Shown piece by piece: positions 10,196 to 19,831 of a stretch of 64,000 nucleotides of DNA (positions are counted from its first letter, which is position 1; the number at the start of each line of letters is the position of its first letter). The DNA comes from an uncultured Lachnospiraceae bacterium (GTDB taxonomy: Bacteria > Bacillota > Clostridia > Lachnospirales > Lachnospiraceae). The stretch is taken from the NCBI GenBank assembly GCA_947363565.1, contig CANAPP010000012.1:423-64422 (forward strand), written 5' to 3'. The notes under the pieces were generated by a model, which was not told the origin of the DNA, ran no database searches, and saw only the letters and a program-made list of their open reading frames with translations. The position numbers and the translations under genes are program-made.

Positions 10196-11059
10196 TCACT
10201 CTGCCTTTTTCTCGAAATGCTGGTAATCCTTGGAGTTGTTCCAGTCGCCGCCCCACGTGAAACCATGCTTTTTAAATACTTTATATGCGGTGTCATCATG
10301 GGTGATCATATGCATCCCTTCCTGGCTCCGGTCGATATATTTTTCCATATCCTTGTAATACTTGGCGAAGCTGCCGTCGCTGTCGTATTTGACATAGGGG
10401 TTCTGCAGCGGATTGAGATCAATGGCAAAGCCCGCCGCATGGTTGGAAAGACGGTCTGAATCCGGTACTACCCGGTAATTGAACGCAGAAGTATTGTTGT
10501 GCTCAATGGAATTGGTATCTGAATCTACACTGTCCCCGGTCCAAAACCGATCGATCAGATACATGGAGGCAATCTCGTACTCCTCTGCAAACAGCTCCCT
10601 GAACACCTTTTTACAGTCCTTCGCAATCTTCTTATTAACGATCAGCTCACCCACCTGGAGCTGGTGGTCATAATTATAGTGCAAAAGCTTTAGATAACGA
10701 AGATCCTCCCGTTGGATATTGTTATTTTCAACATAGGACTTTCCGTCAATCTGCTGAAAAATATTATCCTCAATCTTACTGACGGTGAAATACTTTGATG
10801 CCTGGGACAGGTCAACTTCCCCGGCATCCAGTACTGTTCCCGGCTCGATATCAGCGAGGCTTTCAAGATACACGGTGCTGTCTGCTTCGGGAGCTTTACG
10901 TGTGACAGCCGTATCTTCTGTGACGCTTTTTCTTCGGATACCACCGGAAAACAGCATGATTCCCGTAAGGAGCAAAAGCATGATTCCTGTACAGAGCCAT
11001 ACCAAACGTTGCGCCATTTTTCGCCTTCTGATTCTTTTAATCCTTCTCTGCTTTCTCAT
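10196..11059 (-). CDS. M15 family peptidoglycan peptidase (membrane-anchored)
   Basis: N-terminal TM; AFNYR, SNHAAGFAIDLNP, WGGDW, DYQHFE. Confidence 0.88.
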   Translation of the reverse strand: MRKQRRIKRIRRRKMAQRLVWLCTGIMLLLLTGIMLFSGGIRRKSVTEDTAVTRKAPEADSTVYLESLADIEPGTVLDAGEVDLSQASKYFTVSKIEDNIFQQIDGKSYVENNNIQREDLRYLKLLHYNYDHQLQVGELIVNKKIAKDCKKVFRELFAEEYEIASMYLIDRFWTGDSVDSDTNSIEHNNTSAFNYRVVPDSDRLSNHAAGFAIDLNPLQNPYVKYDSDGSFAKYYKDMEKYIDRSQEGMHMITHDDTAYKVFKKHGFTWGGDWNNSKDYQHFEKKAE

Positions 11060-11133
11060 CTATTCCCCTGACCATCCTTGCTTTCCTGCCATCCCCTCCC
11101 CGGACAGCGGCTTTAATCTATCTCTTTCTACAA

Positions 11134-12051
11134 TTAATTTCCCTTCCCATACACCCCAATCTCTGCGATGCAAGTATCATCCCACTGACTTCCTTCATAG
11201 ACGGAACCGATCACCACATCTACCTTTGATGCCAGGCATTCCTCTGAAAATTCCACCCAGTATTCTGTCTTCCCGTCCGGGAAGGTAATGGTCTGAGTCA
11301 CATCACCAACGGTAAGCTCAAGCTCCTTCGGCCGGTTATTCCCGTCGTAATATTCGGCGGAATTCCAGTTGCCGAGCTTAAACGACATATATTTTATATG
11401 ATATGGTTTTTCCAGCTCAAGATGCAGGCTTTCTCCGATCCCATCCCCGGAGACGCCCTCCTGCCAGGAAGTCTTCTCGTTGCCGTCCACAGCTTTTTTC
11501 GCGCCGTTGTCCGTTCCCTCCTGGGAAATAACCGAGCTTGCTGACGCATCCTTTACCGAAAGCTTATAATAATCTTCAAAATCTCCCGGCTCACTGACGA
11601 ATGACAACCTGATCTCTTTTGCTTCATCTTCACTGTCATTTTCCACAGCCCTTTGGTCTTTCGGATCTTCCTTCCCGGAAAGCTCAGCCTCCTGCCTCTC
11701 CTTCACCGCCTGCTCCCGCTCCTCCTTAAGGCGCCTTTCATTGGCGTCCATAGTAGTAAACACGATCCAGATGGCTACGATGAGGAATATCATGATAACA
11801 ACAACCAGCCCGATTATCCCGAGGTATCTCTTCGACTGCTTTCTTTCCCGCCTGCGCATATATTCCCGTCTTTCCTCCCGGTCCCACGACGCAGATGCAG
11901 ACGGAATCCTGCCGGTAACTTCCTTAGAAAGCTGCCTTAATATCTGATCCTCAAGGTCATCCAACGACTGCCGCTCCTCCACATCCTGCCCGCAGTAAGG
12001 GCAGAACATGGAATCGTCCGGTATCTCGCGGTCACAATGTATACATCTCAT
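11134..12051 (-). CDS. zinc-ribbon / TM / discoidin-like (F5/8-type) domain protein
   Basis: CIHC...FCPYCG, TM helix, AVDGNEKTSWQEG...NNRPKEL...DTCIAEI. Confidence 0.75.
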   Translation of the reverse strand: MRCIHCDREIPDDSMFCPYCGQDVEERQSLDDLEDQILRQLSKEVTGRIPSASASWDREERREYMRRRERKQSKRYLGIIGLVVVIMIFLIVAIWIVFTTMDANERRLKEEREQAVKERQEAELSGKEDPKDQRAVENDSEDEAKEIRLSFVSEPGDFEDYYKLSVKDASASSVISQEGTDNGAKKAVDGNEKTSWQEGVSGDGIGESLHLELEKPYHIKYMSFKLGNWNSAEYYDGNNRPKELELTVGDVTQTITFPDGKTEYWVEFSEECLASKVDVVIGSVYEGSQWDDTCIAEIGVYGKGN

Positions 12052-12071
12052 ATCTATTCACCTTTATCCGC

Positions 12072-13295
12072 CTACGGCATCAATATTTTACAGAATTTCT
12101 TCTTTCCTCTCTTAAGGACAAGCCCTTCGCCTGATAGATCTTCGCCCGTGTAAGTTTTGTGGATATCCTCCACCTTTTCGCCGTCCACGGTCACACCGCC
12201 CTGCTGCACCGCGCGCCTCGCCTCAGAACGGGTCGGCACAAGCCCCGCTTTCACGAGCATGGATAAGATATCGATAGCGCCGTCTTCTAAATCCTCAAAA
12301 GAAAGCTCCACCTTCGGCATATCCGCCGCATTTCCCTGGCTAAAGAGCGCCTTAGCTGCCGCCTGCGCTTTTTCGGCCTCCTCTTCGCCGTGGACCAGCT
12401 TGGTCAGCTCGTACGCGAGGATCTCCTTCGCCTGGTTAAGCTGCGCGCCCTCCCATCCGTCCATCTTATCAATCTCCTCAAGGGGCAGGAAGGTAAGCAT
12501 ACGGATGCACTTTAAGACGTCCGCGTCTGCCACATTTCTCCAGTACTGGTAGAAATCATAAGGCGAAGTCTTCTTAGGGTCGAGCCATACTGCCCCGCTC
12601 TGGGTCTTGCCCATCTTCTTTCCCTCGGAATTAAGAAGGAGCGTGATCGTCATGGCGCTGGCGTCTTTGCCAAGCTTGCGGCGGATCAGCTCCGTGCCGC
12701 CGAGCATATTGCTCCACTGGTCGTCACCGCCAAACTGGAGGTTACAGCCGTATTTCTGGTACAGCATGTAAAAATCATAGCTCTGCATGATCATGTAATT
12801 GAACTCAAGGAAGCTTAAACCTTTCTCCATCCGCTGCTTGTAGCACTCTGCCGTGAGCATACGGTTGACACTGAAATGCGCGCCCACATCGCGGAGTACA
12901 TCGATATAATTAAGCCCCAAAAGCCAGTCTGCATTATTTACCATCAATGCTTTCCCTTCGGAAAAATCAATAAAACGGCTCATCTGTTCCTTAAACCGGT
13001 CGCAGTTATGGCACACTGTCTCTGTCGTCATCATCTGGCGCATGTCGCTTCTCCCTGACGGATCACCGATCATGGCCGTACCGCCGCCGATGAGCGCGAT
13101 CGGTTTGTTTCCCGCCTCCTGCAGTCTCTTCATCAGGCAGAGCGCCATAAAGTGCCCCACATGAAGGCTGTCTGCCGTCGGGTCAAACCCGATGTAAAAG
13201 GTCGCCTTCCCATTGTTGATCAGATCCCTGATCAGTTCCTCGTCCGTCACCTGCGCGATTAGACCCCTCGCTTTTAATTCTTCGTAAATTCCCAT
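12072..13295 (-). CDS. tyrS: tyrosine--tRNA ligase
   Basis: GFDPTADSLHVGH, GGDDQWSN, KMGKT, C-terminal S4 domain. Confidence 0.98.
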   Translation of the reverse strand: MGIYEELKARGLIAQVTDEELIRDLINNGKATFYIGFDPTADSLHVGHFMALCLMKRLQEAGNKPIALIGGGTAMIGDPSGRSDMRQMMTTETVCHNCDRFKEQMSRFIDFSEGKALMVNNADWLLGLNYIDVLRDVGAHFSVNRMLTAECYKQRMEKGLSFLEFNYMIMQSYDFYMLYQKYGCNLQFGGDDQWSNMLGGTELIRRKLGKDASAMTITLLLNSEGKKMGKTQSGAVWLDPKKTSPYDFYQYWRNVADADVLKCIRMLTFLPLEEIDKMDGWEGAQLNQAKEILAYELTKLVHGEEEAEKAQAAAKALFSQGNAADMPKVELSFEDLEDGAIDILSMLVKAGLVPTRSEARRAVQQGGVTVDGEKVEDIHKTYTGEDLSGEGLVLKRGKKKFCKILMP

Positions 13296-13319
13296 CTTTC
13301 ATCTCTCCTTTTCTAAATG

Positions 13320-13590
13320 AAAAAATGCCCCTGCCTGTTAAAGACAAGGGCGAAAAACTTTTCGCGGTACCACCTTTTTCACCGGCAATTCACACTGCCG
13401 GCCTTCACAAGCTGCATATACAGCTCTGGCATGATAACGTATGCCGCCACGTCACAGCCTACTCGTAATACAAACACTTACTTTCGGTGTGCAGCTCCAA
13501 GATGTATTCGCAAGCCCTTCCTTCATGCGCCTCTCACCGCCCGGCTACTCTCTGTACGGGTGCAGGGAATGCTACTCCTTCTTTTCAAAG
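13320..13590 (-). promoter_or_regulatory. T-box riboswitch (Tyr)
   Basis: AGAGAG and GGTGAGA stem-I motifs, UAC specifier (13504-13506), T-box AAGGTGGTACCGCG (13363-13376), terminator GCCC..GGGC-TTTTTT before tyrS. Confidence 0.92.
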
Positions 13591-13609
13591 CCTTTATATA
13601 TTTACTGAA

Positions 13610-13638
13610 AGTCTAAAGGATTCTTATGGTTTTGTCAA
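13610..13638 (-). promoter_or_regulatory. sigma-A promoter of tyrS leader
   Basis: TTGACA-17-TAGACT. Confidence 0.7.
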
Positions 13639-13756
13639 CTGGAAATTTTCTTCTTTGTATGTTATTCTTAATAATGTGTATTGTTCATTCCGTCCGCCGT
13701 GACAGCAAATGGTTCATGGCGCCGCAGACTAAATAAGAAATCTGGAGGTTACACTG

Positions 13757-14287
13757 ATGAAATTAATGATCGCATCCGATATCCACGGCTCAGCCTGTTA
13801 TTGCCAGAAAATGCTTGACGCATATCACAGAGAAAACGCCGGCCGGCTCCTTCTTCTGGGCGATATTCTTTACCATGGCCCAAGAAATGATCTTCCGAAG
13901 GACTATAATCCCAAAGCGGTTATCGCCATGCTCAACCCGCTCAAGCAATCCCTTCTCTGCGTCCGCGGAAACTGCGACACGGAGGTTGACCAGATGGTAC
14001 TGGACTTTCCAATCCTCGCCGATTACTGTCTCCTTGAGCTTGACGGCCAGACAATCTTCGCCACCCACGGCCACCGCCACAACCCGCAGTGTCCGCCGCC
14101 CCTGAAATGCGGTGACATCCTGCTGAACGGGCATACCCATGTCCCGGCAAACAAAGATATGGGCGGATATCTCTATATGAATCCCGGCTCCGTCTCTATC
14201 CCGAAGAACGGCTCTGCCCATGGATATATGATCTATGACAGCGGCTTTACGTGGAAAGACCTGGACGGGCGCGCATTGCCTGTCTAG
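13757..14287 (+). CDS. YfcE-like metallophosphoesterase
   Basis: SDIHG, LGDILYHGPRN, RGNCD, ATHGH, GHTH, NPGSVSIPK. Confidence 0.92.
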   Translation: MKLMIASDIHGSACYCQKMLDAYHRENAGRLLLLGDILYHGPRNDLPKDYNPKAVIAMLNPLKQSLLCVRGNCDTEVDQMVLDFPILADYCLLELDGQTIFATHGHRHNPQCPPPLKCGDILLNGHTHVPANKDMGGYLYMNPGSVSIPKNGSAHGYMIYDSGFTWKDLDGRALPV

Positions 14288-14368
14288 GATGATCACGCCT
14301 GAAAATCGATCTCATACCGCGTCCCAAAAGTCAAAAGGCTCCACAGTCTCTTTACTATCTTGGACAGC

Positions 14369-14572
14369 CTATGGGAGATGATGTTCTCTCCGGAATACAG
14401 CGAACACCGTCCAAAGAGTTGTCAGAAACTGCATGATGAATATAAAATCACAGGCAAATCTCCCCCACCTTGAAAGACCGCTTTCTCCGACAAGACCGTA
14501 TCCTATCCCTGCGGCGCTGATGCTGAACACTAACGCCAGTACACTGACCAATATCTTTTCTCTTTTTCGCAT
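14369..14572 (-). CDS. small 2-TM membrane protein
   Basis: RBS GGAGGTG before ATG 14572; two hydrophobic segments. Confidence 0.6.
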   Translation of the reverse strand: MRKREKILVSVLALVFSISAAGIGYGLVGESGLSRWGRFACDFIFIMQFLTTLWTVFAVFRREHHLP

Positions 14573-14588
14573 AATAGCACCTCCTGGC

Positions 14589-15134
14589 TTATTCCCGGTC
14601 GTCCTTCTGCCCGAAGACCTCATTATCTCTCTCCTGATCTTCACACGTCAACGCCGCAAGATAATCCTCCGTCTCTTCCCTGGAACGGAAAATCACGATC
14701 TTTCTCTCTCCTTTATATTTCTCCAGCAACTCATAGATCTGCGGCAGTTCCTTTTGGGGAAAGCCCATGATCCACTGCCTGAACTCCTCATCAAACTCTG
14801 TCTCCTCCCACGGCAGATCCTCCCGCCTGCTCCCGATACGCGCCTTAGCCCCCGCAAGGCAGAGCTCCAGCGGATAATCCAGCAAAAACACCGTATCACA
14901 TGCTTTCAGCCGCAGCTCAAGGGTGCGCTGGTAATTCCCATCGATGATCCACCTGTCCTTTTTTACCATCTCCCGAAGACGTGCATCAAACTCTTCCTTT
15001 GGAATATTGGTCCGGTCGGGCCTGTGCCACAGCATATCCAGATAATATAAAGGCAGGCCCGTCTTTTCATGCAGTTTCTTTGCAAATGTGCTCTTTCCCG
15101 CTCCCGGGCAGCCAATGATCATCGCTTTTAACAT
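14589..15134 (-). CDS. P-loop NMP-kinase-like protein (FlaR/topology modulation family)
   Basis: IIGCPGAGKSTFA, WIIDGNY, VFLLD. Confidence 0.85.
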   Translation of the reverse strand: MLKAMIIGCPGAGKSTFAKKLHEKTGLPLYYLDMLWHRPDRTNIPKEEFDARLREMVKKDRWIIDGNYQRTLELRLKACDTVFLLDYPLELCLAGAKARIGSRREDLPWEETEFDEEFRQWIMGFPQKELPQIYELLEKYKGERKIVIFRSREETEDYLAALTCEDQERDNEVFGQKDDRE

Positions 15135-15219
15135 CCTGTACTCCTTTCATCTATGCTCCCCAATGATTTTCTCCATCCGGGCATACCGATTAAGCATCCC
15201 CTGATCATAATCTCATCCA

Positions 15220-16143
15220 TCACATCTTCTCCTGCTTTTCTAAACATATCACCCGCGCATACCGGTTTTCGGAATCCTCCATGACCTTGATCCTGCCTTC
15301 CCTGATAAACGCTTCAATCCGCTTCGCATACCACCAGTCCCCGACACCGATCGGATTGCTCCCGAGGATATCCCCGATCAGCCTCGCCTCTTTGACCGGC
15401 TCCCCGGTGAGCCTTTTAAAAATGAGGAAATCATAAAATGTCTCCGGAACGCCCGTCACCCTGCCGTTTAAGACCGCGCGCAGCGGACTGTTATCTTCCT
15501 TAAGCCCGCTCCAAAACCCGGCATACATCCTTATCTCTTCGCCGGCCAGGCGCCTTTCCCCTGGCAGAAAGCTGGCGAACTCCTCCGCCGCGACCTCTCC
15601 CCAGTTATGGCAGATGATAATCCTCTTTGATGCAGCGCCGTCCCGACCGGACATTTTCTGGATATATTCGGGAAGCCGCACGGTTCGCACCTCATTTTCA
15701 TAATCCTTTAAAACACTGCACAGATGATAAAATCCACACAACGAATAAGGCGCGCCGCTGTACCACACCCGCACCGGCTCCCCATCCTCAAGGAACTGCT
15801 TAAGCCGGTGAAGCTCTTTTCCGTAAAAAGCGCCCGCCTTCCGCAGCTCTGCATCTATTTCGTCATCCATCCTCCACGCCTCCTGAGCATACAGAGAATA
15901 GATCAGCTCCCTGCGGTAATCACTGTCTGCCGGCTTACGGATATCCCCGATATCAAGCAGGAACGCAAGACAGACGACCTCGTCCGCCGTCCCTTCTATC
16001 CAATGAAAATCTCCTCTCTCCGGCTCCCTTTTCTTCCCAGCAGCCCACACGGAAGTCGGGCCATCCGTCCTCCCGATAATCACCCTATTCTTCGCCACCT
16101 TCATCGCCCCGGCCTCACTCTCGCCGAACAGTACTTCTATCAT
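15220..16143 (-). CDS. DUF1835/DUF3658-like protein
   Basis: MIEVLFGESEAG, LDIGDI, VRVWYS, PLRAVLNG, GVGDWWYAKRI. Confidence 0.65.
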   Translation of the reverse strand: MIEVLFGESEAGAMKVAKNRVIIGRTDGPTSVWAAGKKREPERGDFHWIEGTADEVVCLAFLLDIGDIRKPADSDYRRELIYSLYAQEAWRMDDEIDAELRKAGAFYGKELHRLKQFLEDGEPVRVWYSGAPYSLCGFYHLCSVLKDYENEVRTVRLPEYIQKMSGRDGAASKRIIICHNWGEVAAEEFASFLPGERRLAGEEIRMYAGFWSGLKEDNSPLRAVLNGRVTGVPETFYDFLIFKRLTGEPVKEARLIGDILGSNPIGVGDWWYAKRIEAFIREGRIKVMEDSENRYARVICLEKQEKM

Positions 16144-16203
16144 TGCGTCTCTCCTTTTCTGAACCTGTCAATATCCGTCAGATTTTTATAAAACATCCGC
16201 AGG

Positions 16204-17091
16204 CTAGCTCTCCCTTTTCATCAGCGGATAGAAAAAATATACCGACAACCCCAGCATGATCATGACAATCCCCGCAAGCTGCCTCGGCGCGATCGTCTCT
16301 TTCAGGATAAGAAACGCCAGGATGCATGTCCCCACCGGCTCACCGAGAATCCCCATGGAGACCATGGTCGCCGAGATATCCTTCAAAAGCAGGTTAAACA
16401 CGAACTGCCCGCCGATCGTAGAGATAAACGCCAGTCCCAAAAATGAACACCAGGTCATCGCCGGAAAACCGGAAAGCGGATGTTTATCCATCAATATGTA
16501 TACCAGCAGGAACGCTGCACTGCTGAAATAACTAAGTACCGAGTAAGCGATCACCCCCGTATTCTTTCTTGCCACCTGTCCGATCAGGAAATACAGGCTG
16601 ATCACCCCGGCAGACGAAAGCGCCAGGAAATCTCCGAACAGAGCTGCGCTGCTCACCGAAAAGTCTCCCCATCCGATCACCGCGCTCCCGGCGATCGCGA
16701 CCAGGCATCCGAAAACAGCATCCGGCCTCACCCGCTCTCTTAAAAATAAAAATCCCCAAAGCAGGGAAAATAATGGCTGCATGGATACCAGCACCGTCGA
16801 GCTTGACACCGATGTGAAGCGAAGCGATTCAAACCACATCGTATAATGTACCGCCAAAAGAAAACCGGACAGGATGATACTCAGCGCCTGCCTGCGGCTG
16901 AAAGATACAAACTCCTTCCGGCTCTTTTCGCTGAGCAAAAGAAACGGCAGCAGCACAAGCGCCGTGAACAGCAGCCGGTAAAATGCCGTCACCGGCGATG
17001 GCGCCTCTGACATTTTCACAAAGATCGCCGAAGTAGAAAGTGCCGCCACACCGAAAAGCAGCGCGGTATAATTTTTCGTGGTATTATTCAT
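16204..17091 (-). CDS. EamA/DMT family transporter
   Basis: 10 TM, two repeats, LGEPVG motif. Confidence 0.9.
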   Translation of the reverse strand: MNNTTKNYTALLFGVAALSTSAIFVKMSEAPSPVTAFYRLLFTALVLLPFLLLSEKSRKEFVSFSRRQALSIILSGFLLAVHYTMWFESLRFTSVSSSTVLVSMQPLFSLLWGFLFLRERVRPDAVFGCLVAIAGSAVIGWGDFSVSSAALFGDFLALSSAGVISLYFLIGQVARKNTGVIAYSVLSYFSSAAFLLVYILMDKHPLSGFPAMTWCSFLGLAFISTIGGQFVFNLLLKDISATMVSMGILGEPVGTCILAFLILKETIAPRQLAGIVMIMLGLSVYFFYPLMKRES

Positions 17092-17344
17092 TTTTATATA
17101 ACGCATAATAATCTGCCTCTGCATTCTCCATCATCCGCACATACCATATCCGCACATCATCAAGCGCCTTGTTATAGATGACCGGGGCCAGCTTCTGCTC
17201 AAACAGATCCAATAGCTGCATCTGCTCGATCATCCCGATCTCCTCGCCGCGCTCATCCAGATAAAACGCCTTTATTTCCGCATTAAGCTTTTCCTTCTGG
17301 GCATCCGATAATTTTATCTGCGGTAAATGCTCTCTCTTTCTCAT
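17084..17344 (-). CDS. DUF2164-like protein
   Basis: IKAFYLDERGEEIG...APVIYNKALDD. Confidence 0.75.
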   Translation of the reverse strand: MRKREHLPQIKLSDAQKEKLNAEIKAFYLDERGEEIGMIEQMQLLDLFEQKLAPVIYNKALDDVRIWYVRMMENAEADYYALYKNE

Positions 17345-17397
17345 GCATTTTCTCCTCTGCTCTGTTTCCTTTCCGGATTTCTGTTTTAAAACACGAT

Positions 17398-17495
17398 TCA
17401 CTCTGCCGCCGCCATGCCGTTTCTAAGGGCAACCTTCTGGGAAGCTGTATTGGTATCCCGGATGATCGTACACTCTTCACCCAAATACATTACAT
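17398..17495 (-). pseudogene. C-terminal remnant of RimJ/RimL-type GNAT
   Basis: Reads LGEECTIIRDTNTASQKVALRNGM*, typical GNAT_3 C-terminus, no intact 5' part. Confidence 0.55.
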
Positions 17496-17565
17496 GATGC
17501 CGCGGGCTTCAAAGCCATGTATCGACATGCAAGCATGCCGTATATAGTCTTGAACACTTGCGTCA

Positions 17566-18087
17566 TTACATATTTGCAGCCACAAGCAGCGCAAGAAATG
17601 CAACGACTATGATTGTCCCGGCCACCGCAAGGATATTTAGTATCTTGACCGTCCGTTCCCCCATAATTTTCGAGCAGACGGCAAACAGTCCGATGCCGAT
17701 AATCCCACCGAAGGTATTGCCCAGCAAGTCCGTGATGTCGCTTGCGCCGATGGCAAAGCAATACTGCAGCACCTCGTACATCAGGCTCACCGCAAATATA
17801 GGGAGAACTTTCATGAGGAAACCGATTTCCCGGCAAAGCATCGAAAGATATATACCGAACGGAATGAATACGGCGACATTCAGGAGAATCTCCGACACAT
17901 CTGCTTTTCCGTTCACCACCGCAGAGCCTCCAAATGGAATCAAGTTTATCCCCCTGAGGTTCATATGGCGAAGAAGTTCTAAGTTTAACTCCATTTTGAA
18001 AAGTATGATCCACGTAAGCACGATCAGATACACGGTCAGCAGTCCCAGCGTTACATTTTTTGAACCTGCAGTTTTCTTTTCTTTCAT
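17566..18087 (-). CDS. VanZ family membrane protein
   Basis: INLIPF, LNVAVFIPFG, YEVLQY, DITDLLGNTFG. Confidence 0.88.
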   Translation of the reverse strand: MKEKKTAGSKNVTLGLLTVYLIVLTWIILFKMELNLELLRHMNLRGINLIPFGGSAVVNGKADVSEILLNVAVFIPFGIYLSMLCREIGFLMKVLPIFAVSLMYEVLQYCFAIGASDITDLLGNTFGGIIGIGLFAVCSKIMGERTVKILNILAVAGTIIVVAFLALLVAANM

Positions 18088-18123
18088 CAGTCCAGCTCCT
18101 TTACTTTAAAGTCTTATGGCCAT

Positions 18124-18180
18124 ATTATAGTCTGGACGGATATCGCACTCAAGGTGGTTTTCTCTTAAAATTTGTTAAGA
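18124..18180 (-). promoter_or_regulatory. vanZ-like gene promoter with upstream TCTTAA-N6-TTAAGA site
   Basis: TTGAGT-17-TATAAT (18152-18124); palindrome 18163-18180. Confidence 0.6.
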
Positions 18181-18278
18181 TTATCTGAATGCTTTTAATT
18201 CCTTTTTCTTTTCCTCTGAAAGATTGTTGAATTCTGTATTTGAGACTGCGTCTTCCAACGCGTACAGATACACCTCCC

Positions 18279-18731
18279 TCACTTTTCCCTGTTCTTCCAC
18301 TCCTGCCCAAGGATATCCTTCAGCACTAAAAATGCGTCCAGCTCCCCATACCCGTATTCCGCTTTCAGCTCATCCAGCATCGCCCTGAGTCGCTTTCCAT
18401 AGTCAGGAATATTGACCTGGCTTTGGTACTTTACAAGGATTGGGTATTTCTTCCCCCACGCCTTCGTCCAGTCCACTTTGTCATCTTTCTCCACGCCTGA
18501 CTTCTCAATGGCCTGCTCAATCTCTTTCATGTCAATATCAAAATCAATCAGCTCGTCCAGCGACACATGATATAAAACCGCCATCCTCTTTGACTGGCGG
18601 ATGTCGGGGAGCGTCTCATCTGTCTCCCACTTGGAGATTGTCTGCCTGCTTACTCCCAGCTTTTCCGCCACCTCTTCCTGGGAAAGCCCGCACTTCTTCC
18701 TCGCATGAAATAAACTGTTTCCTAAACTCAT
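18279..18731 (-). CDS. XRE-family HTH regulator
   Basis: LSQEEVAEKLGVSRQTISKWETDETLPD; RBS GAGGTG. Confidence 0.9.
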   Translation of the reverse strand: MSLGNSLFHARKKCGLSQEEVAEKLGVSRQTISKWETDETLPDIRQSKRMAVLYHVSLDELIDFDIDMKEIEQAIEKSGVEKDDKVDWTKAWGKKYPILVKYQSQVNIPDYGKRLRAMLDELKAEYGYGELDAFLVLKDILGQEWKNREK

Positions 18732-18827
18732 CCTCATCACCTCACTTGTTTTGATTGCACAAGTATACCGGCAAATGGGCAAAAAATCCACCAACCGTAT
18801 TTTACAATTCCGCACGTTTTCCTGACA

Positions 18828-19093
18828 TTATAATGCGATCCAGTACCGCTGCGCTGGATCACGCCGTACTTGCTTAAGTCCGACGTATCAGTGACTTCAT
18901 TTTCCAGCACGCTCTTATTTTTCAAAATCGTCCTGCAAGACGGCTCATTCTCCTGGCCGCAGATCACTAACACCCTCTTCTCCTCAAATTGACGGCATAT
19001 AGGCAGGAGCAGCCCAATCATCTGCGATGCATAGCCCTTTTGCCACTCAGACGGGCGGACGCTGTAGCCGATATTTCCCCCGAACCTTAACAT
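18828..19093 (-). pseudogene. 5'-truncated, frameshifted GNAT
   Basis: GGNIGYSVRPSEWQKGYAS...NEPSCRTILKN; CAGCG duplication near 18845 shifts the IQRYWIAL* ending. Confidence 0.75.
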
Positions 19094-19544
19094 AACAGTA
19101 CGCCGCACTGACCACGTCCAGGCAGAAAATAAACTGCATGATGATATTTGCGGCAGCCCTGTCTTTAGACAAATTCCCATCCCGGCAGCATGCGACAATC
19201 CCGCTCACCCCGTACATGGACGACGGCAGCAGCAGCGAATAGTCGAACAGGATAAGAAACCAAACCAGCGGCAGGATGAAGATGTGCAGAAGAAGTACAA
19301 TCAGGATCACCAGGGCGTACACCGGGATATTCGCAAGCTTCAGCAGCAGGCTCCAGAACAAAAGCTGCTTTCCTCTGTACCCGAGCTTAGGCAGGATAAA
19401 GGCGTAGACTATATTCGGCAGAAAGATCAGCGCGCACAGCAATGCCCAGGTGAGAAAAACAGCGCCGCCAAGCCCTTTTGCCGCACATACTGCCAGGAAA
19501 AGATAAGGCGCTGCCAAAAGCAGCAGCATGGGAATCTTTTTCAT
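19047..19544 (-). CDS. multi-pass membrane protein
   Basis: RBS AAGGAG; 4-5 hydrophobic segments. Confidence 0.75.
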   Translation of the reverse strand: MKKIPMLLLLAAPYLFLAVCAAKGLGGAVFLTWALLCALIFLPNIVYAFILPKLGYRGKQLLFWSLLLKLANIPVYALVILIVLLLHIFILPLVWFLILFDYSLLLPSSMYGVSGIVACCRDGNLSKDRAAANIIMQFIFCLDVVSAAYCYVKVRGKYRLQRPPV

Positions 19545-19581
19545 ATGAGGAAGCTCCTTTCTGATATTTTGGGGCTTTTTA

Positions 19582-19689
19582 TCACCCTAACCATCCATTG
19601 TAATATGCGGCCACTCCCAATACTGCACCGATGACCGCTCCCGCCGATGCGGTTACAAGAAGTGCAAATTTTCCCTTCCAGTCATTCAA
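19582..19689 (-). CDS. 35-aa single-TM small protein
   Basis: RBS AAAGGAG, TTG start, MNDWKGKFALLVTASAGAVIGAVLGVAAYYNGWLG*; below the ORF-track cutoff. Confidence 0.5.
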   Translation of the reverse strand: MNDWKGKFALLVTASAGAVIGAVLGVAAYYNGWLG

Positions 19690-19767
19690 TTTAATCTCTC
19701 CTTTAACTCCTGAATAATATATTTTCTTCATCCACCCAACTCTCGTCAGGCTTTTTCTATGATTTAA

Positions 19768-19827
19768 TTAACTCCGCCATCCCATGATAATCGTATCCAC
19801 GTCCTTTACAAAGGACGAATAAGCATC
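19768..19827 (-). pseudogene. fragment of DHFR/RibD-C family gene
   Basis: DAYSSFVKDVDTIIMGWRS* resembles the Y..F...vDt.iMG motif. Confidence 0.4.
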
Positions 19828-19831
19828 CCTT

